This document shows, in pieces, positions 26,778 through 30,888 of a DNA stretch of 30,888 nt. How positions within the stretch are numbered: the first letter of the stretch is position 1; each line of letters opens with the position of its first letter. The stretch is taken from assembly GCA_043747515.1 (NCBI GenBank), contig JAYTOZ010000358.1, forward strand, positions 1 through 30,888, read 5' to 3'. The notes below the pieces were generated by a model. It saw only the letters and a program-made list of their open reading frames with translations. It did not search any database and was not told the origin of the DNA. The translations under genes and the position numbers were made by a program. The DNA is from Frankiales bacterium. GTDB taxonomy: Bacteria; Actinomycetota; Actinomycetes; Mycobacteriales; SCTD01.

Positions 26778-27923
26778 ATGGTTCACGTCGCTGTCCTCGG
26801 TGCCGGCCCGACCGGTCTGGAGGCGGCCCTCGCGGCCGTCCAGCGGGGGTGGGACGTCACGGTCTACGAGCAGGCGCCGCAGGTCGGTGGCCATGTCCGC
26901 GACTGGGGGCACGTGCAGCTGTTCACCCCCTGGTCGATGGGCGTGTCGCCCCGGGCCGTCGAGGCCCTTGGTCTGGTGCCCGGGGCGTCCTGCCCGACCG
27001 GCCATGAGTACGCCGAGCACCTGGACCGAGTGGCTGCGCTGCTGCCGGATGTCCAGCTGTCGACGCGGGTCGACCAGGTCGCCCGGACGGGCCTGCTCAA
27101 GAGCGAGGAGATCGGCAGCGAGGTGCGCGGGGCCACGCCGTTCCGGTTGCTGGTGATCGGGCCGGACGGCACCGAGCGGGTCGAGCATGCCGATGTCGTG
27201 CTGGACTGCTCGGGGACCTACGGCAACCCCAACCCGACCGGTGACGGCGGAATCCCGGCCCTCGGCGAGCGCGCCCTCGGTGACCGCGTCGTACGCCGGA
27301 TCCCCCGCGTCGACGCCGGCTGGGCGGGACGCCGAGTGCTGCTCGTCGGCGCCGGCTACAGCGCGCAGACCGTGGCCCGCGACCTCGTCGGCGTGGGCGC
27401 GCAGCTGACCTGGGCCATCCGCCGGGCAGAGCCGACCTGGGGCGCGGTCGAGGGTGACTCCCTGCCGGACCGCGCCGCGCTCGTCGCGTCGTCCCGTCGG
27501 ATCGCCGAGGGCGGCGACGTCATCAGGGGTGTGGTCGTCGAGGCCCTGCGGCCGGTCGGGGACGACGTGGTCGTGGTGCTCAGGCGGCAGGACAGCTCGA
27601 CGACGGAGGTCGTCGTCGACGTGGTCGTGTCGATGACCGGCGCGGTCGGCGACAGTCGGATCTACCGCCAGCTGCAGGTCCACGAGTGCTATGCGACCGA
27701 GGGTCCGATCGCGCTGGCCGCGACGCTGCTCGGCGCCGAGGGCGGCGACTGCCTGATGCAAACCTCGGCCGGCGTCGACGCGCTGCGCAACCCCGAGCCG
27801 CGGTTCTTCGTGCTCGGCAGCAAGAGCTACGGCCGCAACAACACCTTCCTGCTGCGGGTCGGTTGGGAACAGGTCGCCGAGGTCTTCGCGGCCCTCGACG
27901 AGGAGCTGCTCGCCGCGGTGTGA
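26778..27923 (+). CDS. FAD/NAD(P)-dependent oxidoreductase (flavoprotein monooxygenase-like, possibly arsenic-associated)
   Basis: Two Rossmann motifs (GAGPTG, GAGYSA), plus WGHVQLFTPW, QVHECYATEGP and GSKSYGRNNTFLL. TAGGCT 6 nt before ATG. Confidence 0.85.
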   Translation: MVHVAVLGAGPTGLEAALAAVQRGWDVTVYEQAPQVGGHVRDWGHVQLFTPWSMGVSPRAVEALGLVPGASCPTGHEYAEHLDRVAALLPDVQLSTRVDQVARTGLLKSEEIGSEVRGATPFRLLVIGPDGTERVEHADVVLDCSGTYGNPNPTGDGGIPALGERALGDRVVRRIPRVDAGWAGRRVLLVGAGYSAQTVARDLVGVGAQLTWAIRRAEPTWGAVEGDSLPDRAALVASSRRIAEGGDVIRGVVVEALRPVGDDVVVVLRRQDSSTTEVVVDVVVSMTGAVGDSRIYRQLQVHECYATEGPIALAATLLGAEGGDCLMQTSAGVDALRNPEPRFFVLGSKSYGRNNTFLLRVGWEQVAEVFAALDEELLAAV

Positions 27924-28023
27924 AGCAGCGCGGTCGGGGCAGGCCGTGTGACTGGCGACAGCCTCGGCCGGCATGTGCTCAATCGGCTCCGTCATCACCG
28001 ACCTGGCCGGTCCTACCGTCGAG

Positions 28024-28152
28024 CGTCGCAAGCCGCGCCCGAGGCGGGCCTCACCGTCTTTGGTGCTCGACGAAAAAGCCCGCACCAAAGGCGGCTACGG
28101 CGGGATCCTCGGCGTGGGGCAGGGTTCGGTGCATCCGCCGCGGCTGGTCCAG
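28024..28152 (+). pseudogene. pepA: Frameshifted internal fragment of leucyl aminopeptidase (M17)
   Basis: [12 protein letters not shown] in one frame, a +1 shift at TTTG (28059-28062), then [30 protein letters not shown], which resembles the conserved actinobacterial PepA segment preceding the GKGITFD motif. No start or catalytic motifs. Confidence 0.75.
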
Positions 28153-28176
28153 GCAGGCAACCAGAGGTCTCCTGTT

Positions 28177-28206
28177 CGGCGGGATGGGGGAGGTCTTTCC
28201 CCGCCG
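28177..28206. terminator. Hairpin between convergent transcription units
   Basis: CGGCGGG (28177-28183) and CCCGCCG (28200-28206) form an inverted repeat just past the arsR stop. Confidence 0.35.
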
Positions 28207-28218
28207 TACTCCCTGTCA

Positions 28219-28578
28219 TCAACCGCCGTGCGTATCAATCTCCGCAGATGTGCGGCAGCACGTGTCGTTACCGCCGGGCCGGGCCGAGGCAGGCAGATCC
28301 GCCTCGTCGAGGACGGCATCCAGGGCCGCCCGGGCCGCGGCGAGGCCGGCTGGATCCAGGGCGTAGTGCGTGAAACCGTCCGCGTGCCGCCGGGTGACCA
28401 GGCCGCAGGCGGCGAGCTTGGCCAGGTGGTGGCTGACCAGCGGCTGGGCGAGCCCGGACTGCTCGACCAGCTCGCGCACGCACTGCTCGCTGCGACGCAG
28501 GGCGCGCACGAGCTCGAGCCGGTGCGGCTCGGACAGCGCTCGCAGCACCTCCTGAACGTCCAGGGTGGCAGCGGCCAT
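28219..28578 (-). CDS. arsR: ArsR/SmtB family transcriptional regulator with C-terminal Cys-Cys
   Basis: 119 aa: [32 protein letters not shown] and DTCCRT. TGATG overlap with the methyltransferase; C-terminal part of track ORF 28219..29655. Confidence 0.9.
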   Translation of the reverse strand: MAAATLDVQEVLRALSEPHRLELVRALRRSEQCVRELVEQSGLAQPLVSHHLAKLAACGLVTRRHADGFTHYALDPAGLAAARAALDAVLDEADLPASARPGGNDTCCRTSAEIDTHGG

Positions 28579-29738
28579 CAGCAGCAGGGCGCGTCGGTGG
28601 CGCTGGACAGCCCGCGCAGGTCCCGCTGCAGTGGCGCAGCCGGACCCGCTGCCGTCAAGGCCGCCGGCGGCGCGCAGGCGAACATCGGCGCGGTTTCCGG
28701 GTCGACCGGCTCGGCCGGTGACAGCAGCTCGAAGGCCCCGGCGTACGGCGCCTTGGCCAGGATGTCGAAGGTCTTGGCACAGACCGCGGTCGCGACACCG
28801 CGCTCGTAGACGTGGTCGTCGTCGTCGAGCACGGCCTTGAACGGGCCCCGCAGCACGACCGCCTGGCCGTGGTCCATGCACGGGCCGTGTTTGCCCTTGT
28901 AGGCCACGACCGTGACGGAGCGGAACTCGATGCCCTCGACGACCTGCCACGGGGCGCTGTCGCGCTTGTCCAGGGTGACGCCGTAGAAACCAGCTTCCTC
29001 GAAGGCGCGCAGGAAGGCCTCCTGTTCGTACGCGCCGGAGATGCAGCCGCTCCACAGGTCGGCGTCGGCGCGCAGATGGTCGGGCACCTCGACGTCGCTG
29101 ACGATGTCGGAGATGACCGCCCGGCCACCGCGGCGCAGCACCCGGAAGATCTCGCCGAACAGCGCCGGCTTCTGCTCGTGCGCCACCAGGTTGAGCACGC
29201 AGTTGGACACGACCGCGTCGACCGAGTCGTCGGCGACCAGCGGCACCTGGAGCTTCTGCTGCTGTACGAAGGCGTCGTACGCCGTGATGCCGGCGAAGTC
29301 GGTCACCGGGTTGGCCTGGAGCCAGGCCTCGCTGGCCGCGACGTCGAGCCGCATGTCCTGGATCTTGCCCTTGCGGAACTCCACATTGTCGTAGCCGACT
29401 GCAGCAGCGACCTGCGGAGCGGCGCCGCGGGCGAGATCGAGCATCTCGTCGGTCATGTCGATCCCGATCACCCGACCGGTGGCGCCGACGACCTGCGAGG
29501 CGATGAAACAGATCTTGCCGCCGCCGCTGCCGAGGTCGAGGACCGTCTCGCCCTCGAGCAGGTGGGTGCTCGGGTCGCCGCAGCCGTAGTCGCGGTCGAG
29601 CACCTCCTGCGGGATGACGGTGAGCAAGCGCGGGTCGTAGTCGACCGGACAGCACAGCGCCGCCTCGACGGCCTGCGCGCCGGCGCCGTAGCGGTCCACG
29701 ACGGACTGTTCGACGGCAGCGTCGGTGGTCAGGGTCAT
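28578..29738 (-). CDS. arsM: Arsenite methyltransferase (ArsM/AS3MT)-like SAM-dependent methyltransferase with C-terminal extension
   Basis: SAM motifs LDLGSGGG and GIDMTDEML. All four ArsM-type Cys motifs are present (ALCCP, YGCGDP, SNCVLNL, SGCISGA). Extra C-terminal domain and terminal PCC. AGGAG before ATG 29738. Confidence 0.8.
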   Translation of the reverse strand: MTLTTDAAVEQSVVDRYGAGAQAVEAALCCPVDYDPRLLTVIPQEVLDRDYGCGDPSTHLLEGETVLDLGSGGGKICFIASQVVGATGRVIGIDMTDEMLDLARGAAPQVAAAVGYDNVEFRKGKIQDMRLDVAASEAWLQANPVTDFAGITAYDAFVQQQKLQVPLVADDSVDAVVSNCVLNLVAHEQKPALFGEIFRVLRRGGRAVISDIVSDVEVPDHLRADADLWSGCISGAYEQEAFLRAFEEAGFYGVTLDKRDSAPWQVVEGIEFRSVTVVAYKGKHGPCMDHGQAVVLRGPFKAVLDDDDHVYERGVATAVCAKTFDILAKAPYAGAFELLSPAEPVDPETAPMFACAPPAALTAAGPAAPLQRDLRGLSSATDAPCC

Positions 29739-29748
29739 GTCGGGTCTC

Positions 29749-30888
29749 CTAGACGGCGCAGTTGTAGACGAGGGGCAGGGATCCATCGGCGCGACGCAGG
29801 GTCAGGAAGTGCTCGACGGCGAGGCGCTTGCCCTCTGCCAGCGACACCCACTCATCCGGCGAGGGGTGCTTGGCGAGCAGCATGTCCGGGCTTGTGTCGA
29901 CGTCCGCGCCGGCCGGGTGCCAGTGCATCCCGTCGGCGGTGACGGTCAACTCGGGCACCGTGTTGCCGTCGTCGATGACCGCTCCGTCGGTGGAGAAACC
30001 ACGTGCGACCAGCGGGCGTACGGCAAAGTCCTTGCCGGTGATGCCCATGCCGGCCAGCAGCGCTCGCAGCGGCTCGACCTCATGGACGTTGTCCGGGGTT
30101 GAGGTCATCCCGACCCGCACCGGCAACCCGAGGCCCTTGGCGAGCGCCAGGCCGTCCATGGCCTTCTGCCAGGACCCGGCCCCACGGTTGATGTCATGGC
30201 CTGGGGCCGAGGCCGCGTCGATCGACGTCTGCAGGACGAGCCGCTCACACCCCGCCAGCCGCTTCAGCTGCTCGAGCCGCCAGCCCTGGTAGAGCATGCC
30301 GTTGGTGAGCAGGACGACGTCGAGCCGATCCGTCGCGTAGAGCACCATCTCGACGATGTCGGGTTCGAGGAAGGGCTCGCCGCCGGTGACGTAGACCTCG
30401 GTGAAGCCCTCGGCGACCGCCTCGTCGACGAGCGCCCGGAAGCGGTCGAGGCCCACCGACCGTTTGCTGGCCTGTGGGCTCGAGGCCACCGAGCAGTAGG
30501 AGCAGGACAGGTTGCAGTGGAAGTTGGTGTAGAGCCACAGCCGGGGCGGGAACAGCGGTGAGCCGAACAGCGGCACCACCGGCAGCCCGTCGTCGACGGC
30601 CTCCGGCGCGTCGGCCCAGCTGACCTGCTCCTGCTCAAAACCGTCCGGCAGGGCGGAACGGTAGAGCTGGTAGCGACCCTTGGACCGCTCGTAGGGCGGG
30701 ACGACCTCGAGACACGTTGTCCACCAGCCGGTCTCGACGGTCTCCACGAACGCCTCGGGCAGCCCACCGGCGCGCATCGAGGCGGCCTGCGCCGGCCAGT
30801 CGTAGGCCAGCGGCACGAGCTCGGCGCCGACCCGGCCGTCGACGAGATCAACCATGGCGTACCAGACCTCGCGCCGCCCATCGTTGGC
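29749..30888 (-). CDS. Radical SAM protein (Rv1681/MoeX-like) with N-terminal extra domain; 5' end probably outside window
   Basis: LWLYTNFHCNLSCSYC (CxxxCxxC), TGGEPFL, LTNG and VPELTVTADGMHWHP. The frame stays open upstream of ATG 30855 to the window edge (ANDGRREVWYA). Confidence 0.88.
   Translation of the reverse strand, partial: ANDGRREVWYAMVDLVDGRVGAELVPLAYDWPAQAASMRAGGLPEAFVETVETGWWTTCLEVVPPYERSKGRYQLYRSALPDGFEQEQVSWADAPEAVDDGLPVVPLFGSPLFPPRLWLYTNFHCNLSCSYCSVASSPQASKRSVGLDRFRALVDEAVAEGFTEVYVTGGEPFLEPDIVEMVLYATDRLDVVLLTNGMLYQGWRLEQLKRLAGCERLVLQTSIDAASAPGHDINRGAGSWQKAMDGLALAKGLGLPVRVGMTSTPDNVHEVEPLRALLAGMGITGKDFAVRPLVARGFSTDGAVIDDGNTVPELTVTADGMHWHPAGADVDTSPDMLLAKHPSPDEWVSLAEGKRLAVEHFLTLRRADGSLPLVYNCAV

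Noticed and set aside
28095-28160. Short Cys-containing peptide ORF (TTG start after AGGAG) as a RiPP precursor for the radical SAM
   Set aside because: It is the exact antisense of the pepA remnant, which explains its sequence, and the rSAM has no visible SPASM/RRE features.
28560-28580. Selenocysteine readthrough of the TGA after ...PCC in the methyltransferase
   Set aside because: The TGA forms a standard TGATG overlap with the arsR start, the readthrough frame is not protein-like, and no SECIS-like hairpin was recognised.

Overview
Very GC-rich actinobacterial chromosomal segment, densely coding, with no rRNA, tRNA, CRISPR array or transposase recognisable. Left to right: (1) a retinal/rhodopsin module with a lycopene-cyclase-domain gene (cut by the left edge), a DTE-motif xanthorhodopsin/actinorhodopsin-type pump and a divergent blh; (2) an acyl-CoA synthetase and pobA, divergent from pcaHGBL; (3) an E. 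coli-type serA coupled to a D-2-hydroxyglutarate-dehydrogenase-like oxidoreductase; (4) msrA with a SigH/SigR-type promoter, a membrane protein, an MFS transporter and hisN; (5) a lipid cluster with two ACPs, fabF, fabG and WS/DGAT, then a VOC protein; (6) a five-gene coupled operon (ACAD-like flavoprotein, sugar isomerase, Zn dehydrogenase, class II aldolase, FGGY kinase), an antisense GAF-GGDEF gene and a 2-hydroxyacid dehydrogenase; (7) a probable arsenic-related module with a flavoprotein, ArsR, an ArsM-like methyltransferase and a radical SAM protein whose frame runs off the right edge and appears fused to a metallophosphoesterase-like domain. Non-coding signals include a two-copy ~60-bp palindromic repeat, about 11 leaderless-type -10 boxes, a frameshifted pepA remnant and a 50%-GC synonymous patch. 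The best candidate for an undescribed system is module 7. Family assignments come from motif recognition only; no database searches were run.
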